Shown: one piece after another, positions 1 to 14,160 of the stretch
Layout of the letters: each line of letters starts with the position of its first letter
Numbering within the stretch: the first letter of the stretch is position 1
Source of the DNA: Antedon mediterranea
Lineage: Eukaryota > Animalia > Echinodermata
Assembly (NCBI RefSeq): GCF_964355755.1
Contig: NC_092671.1
Coordinates: 24,874,070 to 24,938,069 of the forward strand
Reading direction: 5' to 3'
DNA: 64,000 bases
Position numbers and translations under genes: made by a program
The notes under the pieces: model-generated
Told to the model about the DNA's origin: nothing
What the model saw: only the letters and a program-made list of their open reading frames with translations
Database searches by the model: none

Positions 1-503
1 TCAAACAGCCATGGTGATAGGAGTTGCACCCTTTAACCCTCATGGACCTAGGCACTATTGGCTTATTAATCATATTCATTTTTAATGAAGCAATATTATA
101 TGTGTCAAAATGAGCTGCTTGCTTGACTGCACAAGTATTGATACATTACAAACCTGATTACCAACTTCTAATGAGTTTGAAGTACTAAAACCGGTCATTC
201 ATCAGTTCTTCCAGTCCTTCTCCTCCTACTTTCTTACAACCCACTTTACAATGAAATAAGTTCGAAAATATGTCATTGTCATAACTACACACATAGCATT
301 GACTTTATTCATACAATTCATTATTTTTGTTGGAGACAGCAATTACAATTACAGGTGTGAAAATGATGTCATGAACTCACGCTGGTTGGCTCAGTGCACA
401 ACTATTGATATACTATCATTACAAGAGGTCAAATGCTAATACCCTGTTTCTTAACCTTGAGACCATCTATTTAAAGGACCCTTTATAACGGAACAATCTT
501 TAA

Positions 504-884
504 AGGACAACTTGACCGAGGACCATATTTTTACACTGTATTAGGGATGTACATATGCTTTCCGAACAATCACGAGATTAAGGATATCGCCGCATGCGCT
601 TGCGTACAGCCTCGCCATAAATTGCTGTGACGTCACAGGTGCATCGCAAAATCTACTTAATCAGTCCAGATAAGCAAAAGAAATTTATTTTTTTTTACGA
701 TTTATTTACAAAGTGTGTTTACTAGAAATTTTCGCGATTTGCCAGAGAAAACTCATGATGTAAATTTTGCGATGCACATGTGACGTCACAGCAATTTAAG
801 GCGACGGCTGTGCGGCGATATTATCAATCTCGCGATGATTCTGAAATCATATGTACATCCCTAATACGTTGTTAAAATATGGTT
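504..884. mobile_element. Kolobok-like MITE related to 57337-57669, right terminus truncated
   Basis: TTAA|AGGACAACTTGACCGAGGACCATATTTT start; about 140-bp inverted arms (TTAGGGATGTACATATG, TGCTGTGACGTCACA). Confidence 0.7.
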
Positions 885-1740
885 GTGAAACAAATAATAT
901 GAAAGACACGAAGAAATCAATTGATTGAAAGGTATGAATTTTAGCCAGCAGGACACAGCTCAATTCATCACATTTGATAGAAAAATATACAAATCCAAAA
1001 AATTGATATCATAAGAGGGCATTGAAGACCCCTTTACCTAATTAAAACATTTATGATAAAAAAATACTGTATATTTTAATTCACTACAGGTAGCAGAATT
1101 AAAGTACTACGGCCCAATTGAGGACAAAAGGAAATAGAGAAACAATGCGGAAATACATACTAAAACTAGTTATCATTTAAATGTGAATCATTATCCTAGA
1201 TGTATAGTTAAACTCAGTTTGTAAACTACCCAGTGAACCTTCTTCACAAACATATAATACATTTAATCAGTCAATCTGAATCCTATAGATAAGATAAAAA
1301 TTATACTTGCTACCCCCTGGAATATAGACATGGGCATGGGATTTAGGCCTAGTACTAACAATGATCATGACATCTGTTTTTGGTTTATTAGTTTAACTAT
1401 ACTGTCGATTAATCACTACTGTGTAACCATAGCAACAGACGCGCCAAGTGAGTCACTGGGTATATATGATCTCGGGGATATTGTGTTTAAATTCTTCAAT
1501 TATTTTTATACCTGGATAGTATAATTTGGCCGTAAGACAATTCCTGTCATCTCGTCTTAGGATCATAAAAAAAATCAAAAACTTTTTAAAAAAAAAACAA
1601 TTGCATCTGCGACTGCCTTAAACACTTACTGCAATAAGCAATAAATTTATAAAATAAATAAAAATAAATAATACAGATCATTGTAAAAAAAAAATATTTT
1701 AAAATTAGATTTTTTTATAGACTTCAGTAAGACACTGGAC

Positions 1741-3789
1741 GGGTGCAGGTCAACTCGGCCCTAAACCGTCTCGGCCAAAGTCAAGTCGGCCCCACGTCAA
1801 GTCGGCCCCAAGTCAAGTCGGCCTCAAGTCAACTCGGCCTCAAGTCAATTCGGCCTCACGTCAACTCGGCCTCAAGTCAACTCGGCCTAAAGTCAACTCG
1901 GCCAAAAACTAATCCGTCAACTCGGCCTTTAAAAAGTATGGAATGCAAAAAGTGCTAATATAGTAGTTCATTTATTACAATGGCAGGATATGTACGGTTA
2001 GGCCTATATAATAGACGAAATAAAACGGAAATTTCAATGTAAATTATAACACACTGGCTGATCGTTTTTCATTTAATTGATAGGTAATTTTTATTTATAT
2101 TGTTGGTTGGTTTGTCTCAGTAAGAACCCTCAGTAATGTGTTTGTTAGATCTATTTTGAGGATGTTCCCAGAAATAATCGCAAATATTCTTAGAAGGCCT
2201 GTATATTATATAGATATTATTAGATTAATACAGTAAAATAAAAATGGGTTTTTTTTGTATATATTCTCTCTCAAATTATTAGCAATATGTCACGGTCAAA
2301 GTGAATAACTATATGTGACATTAAAATGGTATATTACAGTAACAAAATCTTTTCACACATTTATTGACGATGTCAATCAAACTACCGAAGAGATTATGGA
2401 AACAAATTCGGAATGTTCTGTCATGTTAAATTTCTATTGCAATTGTGCGCTATTCAAATTTTTTTTATTACTTTTGTTATTTGATTATAATGGAGAATCC
2501 AATGAATACATTTATGGGAAATTAATCTAAAACACACTGAAGAAATCATCATGAATAAATGGTGTATTTTTATTTTGTCAAGCATAAAAACTAATCTAAA
2601 ACACACTGAAGAAATCATCATGAAAAAATGGCGTATTTTTATTTTGTCAAGCAAAAACTAAAACATATTGTTTGATTCCAAAACAACGGAATTCCTAAAC
2701 AACATAATATTGCCTTTGCATTCTCATCTGTTTTTTAACACCCACCGCGCCCTGTATTGTTCAATAAAATTGATCACCTAAAGGGGCATTCCCACCGTCC
2801 GTACCTGTTCCGTTTCGCGGACGGCGCCGTTTTTTCAACGTGACGCGCGCCCGTTCACCGTTCCGTTTTAAACATTCACACCTGTTCCGTTTTGTGACGT
2901 GACGTTAAAATAGCAGCCGTTTCTGGATGATCATCGGATGATAGTGAGGAAGAAATTATTCTTTTTAGTTTAATTAAAGATGATATTACAAAACGGGACA
3001 CAAGATTCCCGATGATAGTACTGTATAACAACACACACCATGACAAATTCCATGAATCCATAATTAAATACAATAAAATCACAATCACTTCCCTATGGAC
3101 TGTTATGGAAGCAAATTTCTCTCTTCCCATGGTGTACTGTATTAATTATGAATAATTATGAAGTACTAAACGAAATGAAAATAAAAATGTCATACAAAAA
3201 AAACCGTAAGGCCTATTTGAAAATAATGCACATTCATGTCTGGGGTGTGTGTGCGTAACCTATACCCATAATGCTTATGCAATTTGTTTTCTTGCCTTTT
3301 GATTTGTTTTGATTTTAATGTCATTTTATTCTTTTTATATTGATGTATATACAGTTGTAGACCGAAGTATATTGTTTAAATATTATTTTTTTTAATGTCT
3401 TCTTCGACAGATTCCTGTATACAAAATGTGAAGAAATATTTGTTTGTTTCAAACAATATAAATAAATACTACCTATCAATTAATATTATATAATCATTTA
3501 TATTGAATTTTCCGTTGTATTTCGTCTATTATGTAGGCATAACCGTACTATATCCTGCCATTATAATATTAACTACTATATTAGCACTTTTTGCGTTTCA
3601 TAGTTTTTGTTGACGGATTAGTTTTTGGCCGAGTTGACGTGAGGCCGAGTTAACTTGAGGCCGAGTTGACGTGGGGCCGAGTTGATGTGGGGCCGAGGTG
3701 ACGTGGGGCCGAGTTGACTTGGGGCCGACTTGACGTGGGGCCGACTTGACTTTGGCCGAGACGGTTTAGGGCCGAGTTGGATCGAAACC
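1741..3789. mobile_element. Foldback (MULE/Rehavkus-like) non-autonomous element with 15-bp subterminal tandem repeats
   Basis: About 360-bp inverted arms with arrays of (AAGTCAACTCGGCCT/C)n; exact 8-bp TSD CACTGGAC (1733-1740, 3790-3797). Confidence 0.85.
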
Positions 3790-4016
3790 CACTGGACACA
3801 CACAGAGGTTCTGTACTGTAAGCCTACTGTATTCTTAGGAGAGACAGAAAGTTTGTTTTGTTTTTGTTATACATTAGATGAAACTTCGAAAAGAAGCCCA
3901 TGGGCTTTTTTTCAAGATTACTTTTTTCTACTAAAGAGGGGGATTCTTTTTTAAATAAATGCTGTAAATTCTGTATATTGCTACTTAACTTAACAATTAT
4001 GATTTTTGAGACATTA

Positions 4017-4452
4017 AGGAGGTTTCGTAACCTTATGAATACGATAACGAAAACGGATACGTCACACATTTGTGAAACTTTTGAGCTGATCCCCATTTCA
4101 TATTCCTAGTCATATTCGTAACTACAAAACGAGTATAGTTTTTGATCTATTTTGCACATTTTGCATTTGAATCAGCAATGATTAATGATTATAATATAAT
4201 TATACTTTTATTGAAAGTAATTTACTAAAGTAATTTACCAAAACAGCAGTTTTTAAAGTCCTCACTTGCTTTGATGTTACGCTAGGCCTAGGCAGTCAAG
4301 CACCAAGCAACACGTACCTGCGCTTCGCTCAAATTTACCGCAGTCATATTTTGGACGGCGCCCTCAATATTTCGTTTCCATGCGAAACAGATTTTTACGG
4401 GCTTACGAAAAACGAATACGTGTGTGTGACATATCCGTTTTCGAAACCTCCT
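4017..4452. mobile_element. Harbinger/PIF-type MITE
   Basis: TIR AGGAGGTTTCG...AAAACGGATACGTCACACA versus TGTGTGACATATCCGTTTTCGAAACCTCCT, flanked by TA. Confidence 0.6.
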
Positions 4453-5310
4453 TATTCCCTGACAAATTTACATATTTGCCAATGAAGTGTCTACTATTAA
4501 ATGCGCATGCACATTAATATTTTCATCTATTGATTGTAACATGGAAAAATGCGCCACCAATCACAACTCAAGAATGTTTGATTCGGGCGAATATATTTGC
4601 TAATGGAAAAGAGGCTTTACTCTTAACCATGTGTTTGTATTTCGTGACATTCAAGTAGTTGTCTATCTTGAAAAGAAGCTCATTTCTAGATTAAATTGGC
4701 AAACCAAAAAGATGGGATTCTTTTTGAGATGGGCTTCTTTTTGAAAATTCAAGGTTTTACAGCATTTTCTTATAAATGTATTGACAAGATTTTATGTAAT
4801 AACAGGTACAAAAAGAAAAATTGATTCGAGATTATCTAAAAGTAAGAATTATAAAGCAATTTAAGTTTCTTGTCTTTGAGCTTTAATACAACTATGATAC
4901 AGTTACACTTAGTTTAACATTTAAAGTGTAAAGTGCAAATTAATCTTAAATTAACTAGCAATAATAATTTCAATTTATTTTGACTTTGTTTTGCTGGAAT
5001 TAAGTAGTTAATAGGGCATATATCTATAAATAAATTGAATCTACTTATCATCAGTATTTTTAGTTTAATTGTGTCAAAGATACAGTGTTGTGTGTAGCTC
5101 CTATGAATTCCATGTAATGTAAAAATTTGACAATTGCAATATTGTTTAAAGATTTAATGTTTTTGTTGAATATGCAATTTTAATTTCACAAAATAATTAT
5201 TCTTACTTTGGATTTTTATTTTTCATGTTTTTGCCGCAATACATCTTAAATTTGTTCCAAAAGATGAATGACCTTAAATTTTGATCTTTAGTTCCTTCCT
5301 TGTAGTCTAA

Positions 5311-8300
5311 AGCCCTGTTAACATAGAATTGCCGCATATATCCCAGTAAGCAAGCCGGTATTATTGCCATTCACACAGGTACTACAAAGGTAATATTACG
5401 GAAATTTTACGGTTTTCTGTGTTGGAGGCCACAGTGAAAAAGGCGCAATATTTAAATTTAATGTATTGTCCCTTTGACTAATTCCAAAAAAATAAAATAT
5501 TTCCAAAAAAAGTGAGTCATTTTAAAGTATCATAATAGTTATTAACTTTCAACAAAAATTAGTCGGAAAAAAAATCATTAACAGATTAACAGACGTTTTT
5601 TTGTTCAAAAAATAACTTTAACTTCCAGTCAAAGTTTTCGATCAAAACATATAATGCAACGCACTTATTTGGCTATTCTGTATGCATAATCATAAAACTT
5701 CCTCGCGATCTGTGTGAAAACACCTTCTTAACCGTGACAAGTTGTAAACAATCCTAATTAGCATCATGTATAATGCATACTCGTGGTTTGAAATCTTTGT
5801 TTACTTTCGCTCACGACGATTTTCTAGACGAAATGTAATCAAATTAATTTACCTGTTAATTACGTAAACTTGTTGTTTTTGGCTCAAATTTTCGACTTAA
5901 AGTGAAAAACTATAATATTACTTTGATATGGTCAATTTAGATTTAGAATATTTTGACTTTCATTTTTTTGTGTTTCAAGGGACAATATATCTTTAAAGAT
6001 TACTGTCTTCATAAGAGGTCGCACTGTTTTTAGAAAAAAAAATGGCGGGCACTGCTGATGTTGTTTTGTGTGTCCGTCATTTAGTTTATTGGTTTTTATT
6101 TACGCTGCATAAAACCTATATTTTTGCCAAACACTCAACGTGCTAATAACTGCCCGATCGTGATGGCCATTCTACAGAAACAAAATCTATTAGGCCTAAA
6201 TAGACGCAAATTTAATTATCAGAAGCTGTTATGAGTGCGCACCAGAGGATGTTCCTGCTAGCACTATGCTAACTAGGGCCTAGGCTTACGTACGTTACAG
6301 CAAGTTAAATAATCTTTGGACCAACATCTGTATTATTTATAATAATATTAATAATAATTCAACATTTATTTGTTTCTATCAATGGTAAAGCAATACAATA
6401 CAAGAGTGGTAATTTATAATAAGACAATACAAAAATACCATTAATAGACTAGGCTCGCGCTAACCGCTCGCCAATTCGCCAATGGCGACTGGAGTCTCCA
6501 TTTGGCGAAAATAATTATTGCCTCGTTCGCCAAATTGGCGAAAATACATTTCCAAGCCTAGGCGTAGCCTGGTCGGCGTGACTTCTTATGGGAGCGAGAA
6601 TTCGCCACACTTCGGTACTTTCTGACTCGGGTACACTTTTTACCACAACAGCATTTTATGTGACGACGTCACGATCGCCTGGTTCATTTTTTTAGTTCTG
6701 TTTAAACATGCGCAGAGCGTGCCTCGATGACGTTTTAATGACACACAGTTAATGTGATTGGTTCGTGGCCGGTCGTCGTCGACGTGATGATGAGCGAATA
6801 AAAGGGGAAGTCCCTATTCTTCGACGTAGAAAATGAACTTCGAGAAGAAAATGTAAACAGAAACATGTGGACGAATACTTCCGTAAACGAGGCTGTTCTG
6901 TTATTTAAAAAGGGGAATTTTAAATTTAACAAAGTAATTACCTCAATAGTATAATGTTAACATGTTTAATTTTATTTCCCTTTCGATTATTCTAACCGAA
7001 AGTTGCGCTTTAAATTGAATAGCTAAGAAACAACGTATACTACAACGGCAACCCTGGTCAAAGCGCGTTTCGGCCGCCTACATAGAATGGGTTACGGCCG
7101 CTGCATAGCAAATTCAAAGCTTCTTAAATTTCTGTGGTACATTTCTTCCTAACGTACTTGTTTTATATAATAGATTGATAAATATTCCACTTATTAAATA
7201 ATTTAATAAATCGGTAAAATTGACGTTTCGAAGCAAGTATTCCATGATGAGAGGCGACATTTTTCGACATGCCTCGTGTGCGGCGAATACTAGTTCAGAA
7301 AATGGAACAGTCCACTGTGCGGGGGTTATCCAATCATTAATTAACGCGCTAATACCTAGGCGACGGTAATTTAGTAATAAGCGGAGAACTGAATCCCCCG
7401 TAAGGAAAATGGTAAACACTGATATTTATGGTAGGGATTATTTTTTTCAGTGGTTGGTCTTGTTGGCTTCTTCGCACCAGGTCCACGCAAAGTCAAATAA
7501 AACGATGTGGTTTATCAAACAGAAATATAAATTAGCTTTAATTCATTACTAAATTAGCCAGATTTTGATAATGAGAAAGGCTAAAAAATTGTTATCGTTA
7601 AAATTGACATATGAGGCGGATGTACATAATAATAATAACCGATTTACATATCAAAATAAAGAGTATTTAAAGCCTGATAACATGCAACAAAAATTACTCC
7701 ACCACCTATTATGGACCTCGTGCGATCGGGTGCGAAAATGGGTAGGTGTTTTCCAAAGTTATTTTTAGCGCGCAGATTTCGGCTCGCCGGCTTTTGTACC
7801 TCATTTTTAACTCGTGTTTTCTATTAAAATATTTAATAAACATAGATTAAAAATATATAAAAATAATCCCTTAAACAAGATCTTTCCAGGCATATAATTT
7901 TTATTCTCATGGGTACATAAGAAATAGTATATTTTTAACTTCAAAGACACGTCACTTTTTGAAATTTCACGAACGTGTTAAAATCGCGGTAACGAAAATC
8001 AGCTTCATTGGGATAAATAATAATAATATAAATGTAAAAGAAGTAAAATAACAAACAAATACATGCATTATTTATTTAATAAACATTTTTGCGAATTTTT
8101 ATGGTTTTTTAAATTTGGCTAAAGGATTTTCAATTTGGCTAATGTTTTTCAAAACCTTTCGCCATTTTGGCGAACGAAAATTTGACCTTAGCGCGAGCGT
8201 AGATAGAGGATCTTGCAAGAAGAGATTTCTTGTCAAGCAAGATCCATAAACAAAAAGAAAAAAACACATTTGTATATATAATTATATATATAAAATATAA

Positions 8301-8716
8301 AAGTCATGACAAAAAACAGTTTGAAGGTCTAGTTTGACTACAATAATGATTTTAAAGTTTTTTACGAAAAGTTGGCCGTATTCTTTCATTGTATTTTAAA
8401 CACACTAACCTAAACAAATATATATATTGATATAATCTAATAATTTAATAGCCTAGGCATAAAATAATTCTTCAACCAGGGAAAATGTCCCGAATTTAAC
8501 CTTGGTTTGTTAAAGCTGCGTAAACAGGCGTTATATCGTGGACTCTTTCACACAGATCAGACTTACGACCGTGACGGTAATATTACCGCAATTTTATTAG
8601 GTCCAGAGGTGGTCTAACAGAAGTCGGAATTAAGGGGTTTTTACCCTTTCACACATAGGCCGGCATTCATGAATTACCGCAATATTATCGTCTTACAGCT
8701 CTGTGTGAAAGGGGCT
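5311..8716. mobile_element. Harbinger-like element enclosing Kolobok-like (~5460-5995) and hAT-like insertions
   Basis: Right end CTGTGTGAAAGGGGCT|TAA, degenerate left end TAA|AGCCCTGTTAACATAG; subterminal TTCACACA and ATTACCG motifs at both ends. Confidence 0.5.
6450..8201. mobile_element. hAT-like non-autonomous element
   Basis: TIR TAGGCTCGCGCTAA / TTAGCGCGAGCGTA with subterminal TTGGCGA/TCGCCAA repeats; TSD not clean. Confidence 0.6.
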
Positions 8717-8887
8717 TAAGTTCCAGCCGTCGATTTGACTCAACATTGGTAAATCAAAAGATAAACATTTTGGCACGCATGGCGTTTCATACATGGGCTA
8801 ACAAACGAAACGTTTGCTAGAGGAGTAGACTAGGATTTCAGTTAAATTTAGGGTTTAATTTGTTGATAAATAGTTCATCAAACCTAC

Positions 8888-9048
8888 CTTGCATTGCTAG
8901 GGTGATAGTGAGAAGCGTGAAACTGTTTGAGTTGTTGCCAGGTGAGGTCAGGTATGCAGCTGGGGTCACCTCCACTGTTGTGAGAATATGTATGATTTGG
9001 CAGTAACTTGTTCTGCGAGTGCATTGCAAATAAAGAATCAGAGCTAGC
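8888..9048 (-). CDS. PITRM1: PITRM1 coding exon 7 ([54 protein letters not shown])
   Basis: Conserved SGGDP...FH..HYHPSNA; 161 bp. Next exon not found in 1-8887, so the gene likely continues left of the window. Confidence 0.96.
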
Positions 9049-9777
9049 CTAAAAGGTTTAATGTTGATAAATATTACAAATAGGAATCAATAGTTATAGC
9101 GTATTTTACCTTTATCTACAAATTTCTATTGGAATTATACGAGAAATATACGTTTTAATTTTAAACAATGTGAATAGTTATATAGTTCAGTAAACCTTTC
9201 AATTAATGAAAATATTCTATCCATTCTTTAAGTACAAAACATTAATTCTTTGTTTTATAACACAGGTAGGCCTACTACGAAAGTCAAAGGCTCATACCAA
9301 ATATGACGCTTGTAGTTTGGCCGCAGAGTAAAGTATATGTGGCGAAAACTACTGCTTGGATTTCATATACTATCAAGTTTGGCTATAAACATGCTGCATT
9401 GCCAAAAAGTCTTTAACCAATGTATATAACTCTCTATGACTTAAACAGAGATGACAAAAAAAAATGGAAGAGAAAACAAAACAAAGAAGTATCGTGGACA
9501 GATGAATAAGCAAGTTGGATAGAAAATTATAAATTGGATTAGACAGCAAACTACTGTAGGGTGCAACCATCTATAGAGATATTATCACTATAAAATCTCT
9601 ATGGTTCAACACATCATGCAACAAGTAAAATGAAGATAGACACCTCAACAGAACGACAATAGATGGAAAAAGTTGATCCCAGAATGGACTCCAATAACAG
9701 GCACACAGGCCGAGGAGTACTGACAATGGGTGAAATAACCTAATTCCAAGATTCATTTTCTAGTTCGTCATACTAAC

Positions 9778-9874
9778 CATTGCACCCTTCATTTCATTAT
9801 AAACAACACCTTTGAAAATGATTGGAGAAGTCGAGTCTTGATTGTTCTCATTCTCTAGCCTCCAGCCTTCTTGC
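9778..9874 (-). CDS. PITRM1: PITRM1 coding exon 6 ([33 protein letters not shown])
   Basis: Conserved QEGWRLE...[11 protein letters not shown] containing the distal zinc-ligand Glu; 97 bp. Confidence 0.96.
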
Positions 9875-11884
9875 CTAATAAAAAATCATAATAAAATTTT
9901 TTTTATGACTGAGGAACCTGTTGTCTTTTAGCTTCTCCACTTGACTAGTTTTGTACCAATATAATTTTTTTGTTTCTAAAGAAATAAAGATAAAATGACT
10001 AAATTAACCACATCACAACACTTTTTTTTCTTTTAATAAAAATTATATAATGCAGTAATAAACACATTACTTTAATAATTTCGACAGCTCTGCTCAGACG
10101 AGCATGATTACATTTAGAGACGGAACATAAAAACTGTTTGTTCTATTTAGTATTTGTTGCACAATTATTTAGTCATGTAGGTCCTTATTGGTGGAATTTG
10201 CTTCAAAACTACATTATAAGGATTAAAAGGACATTACAATATTTAACTCAAATTTGAAAAAGGATTTATTTTAACAATGTTATAAATTTTAAATTTTGTG
10301 AAGCCCCACCAAAATGTAATATAGACTAAACTAAATGAATACAATGTAACTATATAAATAACATTTCAAAGACTTGCCATAAAAACAACAAGTTTTTCAT
10401 TATTTAGATTAGATTTAGATTGATTGCTTAAAATAGCTATAAGGTATTTAAGGATAAACATACAGTCATACAGGTCACAGCTATTCAACAAGTTTAAGGA
10501 GGATAGTATATGCCATCAAACAGCATGAGGTGGATTTCACTTACAATTCAAATATATACGGTATTTATATTTTATATCAGTGCTTATTTCAGGCGAAAGA
10601 TAATGACAGTGATATCACTGTCATTTAGTGTAGCAAAAGTTATGATGGTTTTGGCATCAATCCAAGGATGTGTGGATAGTTAGAGCCAATATATACTGTA
10701 GTACATATTTTATGATACAATGCATACGTTTATATACAAAAATGAATGTTGGAGTGCAATGGTACAAATAATTTCATAAGGTGAAAGATAAAAATAGAAC
10801 ACAATCCTTCAATCAAATACAAGAATCTACTCGAGTGTGTATAAGATACTATATGTATCACATTTTTAAAACAGTAAAATTCAAGATAGAGTACATTTAC
10901 CAGTAGTCACCTGACAAATATTACCAGTACAGTTGATATTACCAGTATAGTTGATAAAATTGTGCTATACCATTTTTCATATTTTCAACATTGGCGTATA
11001 AAAGAATAGGATTTTACTGGGTAACTTAAACTAAGAAAGTTCATATTTTCACAAGTTAATATCTCAAGAACACAACAAAAAAATTGAAACTATGAGGGAA
11101 ATCATAGATTGATAATTAATATTATAATAATTATGATCAAAATAAATAAATTTGTTAGCTGCACCTGGCAGTAAAAACTGTATATTAATATCTGTCCATT
11201 TATTATGTTACCTGCTGTCTTGTTAGCAAACCTCTGCGATTAAAACCTACCACACGCCATTTGGCAAAATGTCAATAATACAAGCTGAGATATGACCAGC
11301 AAAGAATGTTCAGCTTAGAAATGAAACTTCAAATTGAAAGCATAACAGTGCATGCTGGCATATCAGGCTAGTCTGTTATAAACATTCAAAATATGACCAT
11401 CTTGAGTGATATAACCACAACTCAACATTAGCATTTTTACTAGTTTAACTTATGTATATGATATGATATGTTGGTCTCTTTTTCTTCCTGGTGATCAAAA
11501 CCAGAATTGGAATTTCTTTAAACACTAAATTATCCTTTCAACTGCCAGTAGAAACTGGCTCACTTCTTTTCCATTGTACACATCAACACAAGTATTACTG
11601 CACTATGTTTGTTGTTTGTTTTCCCACAACCATGCTTATAATATGAAAAATAATTTCTTCTGGGAAAAAATTATCTGAAAGAAACTAATGAATCTATGCA
11701 GCCAGGAGAATGAGTATTCATAGTATTATAATATATTATGCTATATATTAATATCATTTACGTTGTTATGCAGCACTATTTCTAACCATAATCTGCATTT
11801 GAGAAACTTGAACACTGTGCAACCATTTTTTGTATATAAATAGCCTTCTTAGGCAGTACTTTCAACTCAAATGAAATTGCTTAC

Positions 11885-11999
11885 CTGAAATCTTGTTGTT
11901 GTAACTTAGGAAAGAATGTTGCATCGAGGTAGACTGACATTAGGTTTGAAAAATCGGTTGAATTTTGGGTTGAAAATGGGTACGCTGTATAGTCACTAC
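11885..11999 (-). CDS. PITRM1: PITRM1 coding exon 5 ([38 protein letters not shown])
   Basis: Matches human [31 protein letters not shown]; phase-consistent splice sites; 115 bp. Confidence 0.95.
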
Positions 12000-12969
12000 C
12001 TGAAATTAATTGTTTTAAATTATTTTTAAAGACCCTTTTCCAATATTTTGTTGGTCTCTAGTATTTTAAAGTGGAGGTGCACATAATTCATAATATTCAT
12101 TTCCATGTATATTTATATTGCACAAAAAAACTCGATTTAAAAATATCTTCGTAAGACATTTGTACGTTAAAACATTTTTACGTTAATTACGTTAATGACT
12201 TTCTAGGGAGTAAATCAGCGCATGCGCCAGCTTTTGCCATTCCTCCTCTTGTTCTGTCTGTAGATCTCTCGCGAGTCGCTTCCTAGATCTTCATGATATA
12301 TAAAATACTGTAATGTATAATAATACAAATTAAGAAAGAGAAAGAAGATTGTATTGCATGGTTATTGGGAAATAGACTGATCAAAACAGGAATGTTTAAT
12401 CAAAGGCCTAGACCAGAAAGACATGGTTATAAGTTTGAACAAGAAACTAGGCCTATCATCATCACAAGCTGCCAAAGATGTGAACTCAAGATGGGTGTAG
12501 GTAACGAGACGAATGGAGATATTGGCTCACTAGTGTCGTTGTTGTGCTGTGTTATAAATATACTGTACTAGCAATTATACCCGCCCCAGGGCGGGTTTCA
12601 AAATTAGTTTACAGCCTTCTCAGTACATAACCCCCGATGCCAGTATCTGTCTATACTCACCAACCTCCACCCCTCTTCAATAACACCCCATACTCTTTCT
12701 TAAAAACAAATTCTTCCCAGTGATTACACAAACCAACAGTGGTGTTGGTAGTCTATGAGTGCCGCTTACCTGGATAAACCAACATAAGCCTCTCTCTCCG
12801 ACAAGAGGTAAACATTACGAAAAGAAGAACATTAATAACATTAATTTTCCCACACCCCCGTCGGATAATGGATCAGTCCGCCACCAGTACGCCCTCAAGT
12901 GAGACACACCCACTTATCATCGTCATCATTTCTCAAGACCACCTGCCTGAGGGGACGGTAGGGAGGGCG

Positions 12970-13066
12970 TTTATCCAGGTAAGCGGCACTCATAGACTAC
13001 CAACACCACTGTTGGTTTGTGTAGTCTATATCGTGCCTAGCTTACCTGGATAAACCAACATAAGCC
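12970..13066. repeat. DIRS internal complementary region (ICR)
   Basis: 12970-13023 is the reverse complement of 12725-12778. 13024-13066 is the reverse complement of 17885-17927. Confidence 0.93.
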
Positions 13067-13087
13067 AGTGTAGCACCGGACTAGAGT

Positions 13088-14160
13088 CTAGTCGGAGGCG
13101 GGAGGCAAGGTAAACATTCTTATACGTACCAAGTGTCTCGGCTTCAAGATTGAAGCTGCCACCGTAGACTGGTTTGCGGAGGTATCCGACAGGTAGTGGG
13201 ATGTGAAGGTGGACTGTGATCGCCACCATGCCGCTTGCAGGATGTCAGGGAGAGGCACCCCAGCAAACAGCGCCCATGAAGCGGCTATGCCACGCACTTG
13301 GTGCATATGTGCCGGAGGAGGCGTATTTGTGGAGTCGTAACGAGCCCGGATGGCTGCCACGACCCAGTTTGCAAGTGTCGACCGAGCAGCCGGTTGGAAG
13401 GGTGAAACTGTCGATATGAACAGATGTGACGCTGAGACCCGAATGAACTCTGTGCGTTTGATGTAAAACTTTAGTGCCCGCACTGGGCACCAAACTCTGT
13501 CTTCCTCAACCCCTGAATATGCAGCAATGGTGGGAATAAACACAGTCGGCGGCGAGAAGTTCAATGTCTGAGATTTTGCAAGGAAACCTTTTCTAAAAAC
13601 TAACCGAGCGCCACCCCGTTCAAACCTGATGTGCCCTGGCTCCAGAGAAAGAGCGTGCAGTTCACCTCTGCGCTTGCACGAGGCTAGTGCAATCAAAAAG
13701 GCAGTTTTGAGAGACAGGTTGTAAAGTGATGCCCTACTCAGGGGCTCGAAGGGTGGACGCATAAGAGCGGCTAGGACGACATTGACGTCCCAACGTGGAA
13801 TCAGGGCCTTAGTAAGAGGCCGTTCTCGAAACATCCCGCGAAGCAAACTGGAAATTGCAGGGGATGAAGAGATGGTCGAGCCGTCTTCAAAGTTCGGAAT
13901 TACTGCACCCAAGGCAGACCGATAGCCGGATATGGTGCGAATCTGCAGACCTGACTCAAACAGATAATGTAGGAAAGCGCAGACCTGGCCCAAAGTGACT
14001 TTCATTGGGTCGGTCTTCTGGCGCTTGCACCATTTGAAAAAGTGTTTTAATCGGCTATTGTAGACAGCAAGAGTGGATTCACGTCGGGATTTCGCCGCGA
14101 GGGCGGCCGGGCCATCTGGAATGCCTGAGTCTCTGAAGCGATCCCTGACAATGACCATAC
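13088..14160 (-). CDS. DIRS tyrosine recombinase domain (C-terminal part of ORF 13088-15886)
   Basis: Catalytic residues R (CKRRGEL), K (AKSQ), HxxR (HQVR), W (WWRS) and Y (TSHYL) all present; CPVRAL motif. Confidence 0.9.

Noticed and set aside
1-8887. PITRM1 exon 8 (expected FFTYG..PLE.HL)
   Set aside because: No matching translation found by eye; presumed to lie left of the window.
9180-11850. Additional PITRM1 exons or a nested gene
   Set aside because: Exons 5-7 already join in frame; the remaining sequence looks like decayed LINE fragments that I cannot delimit reliably.
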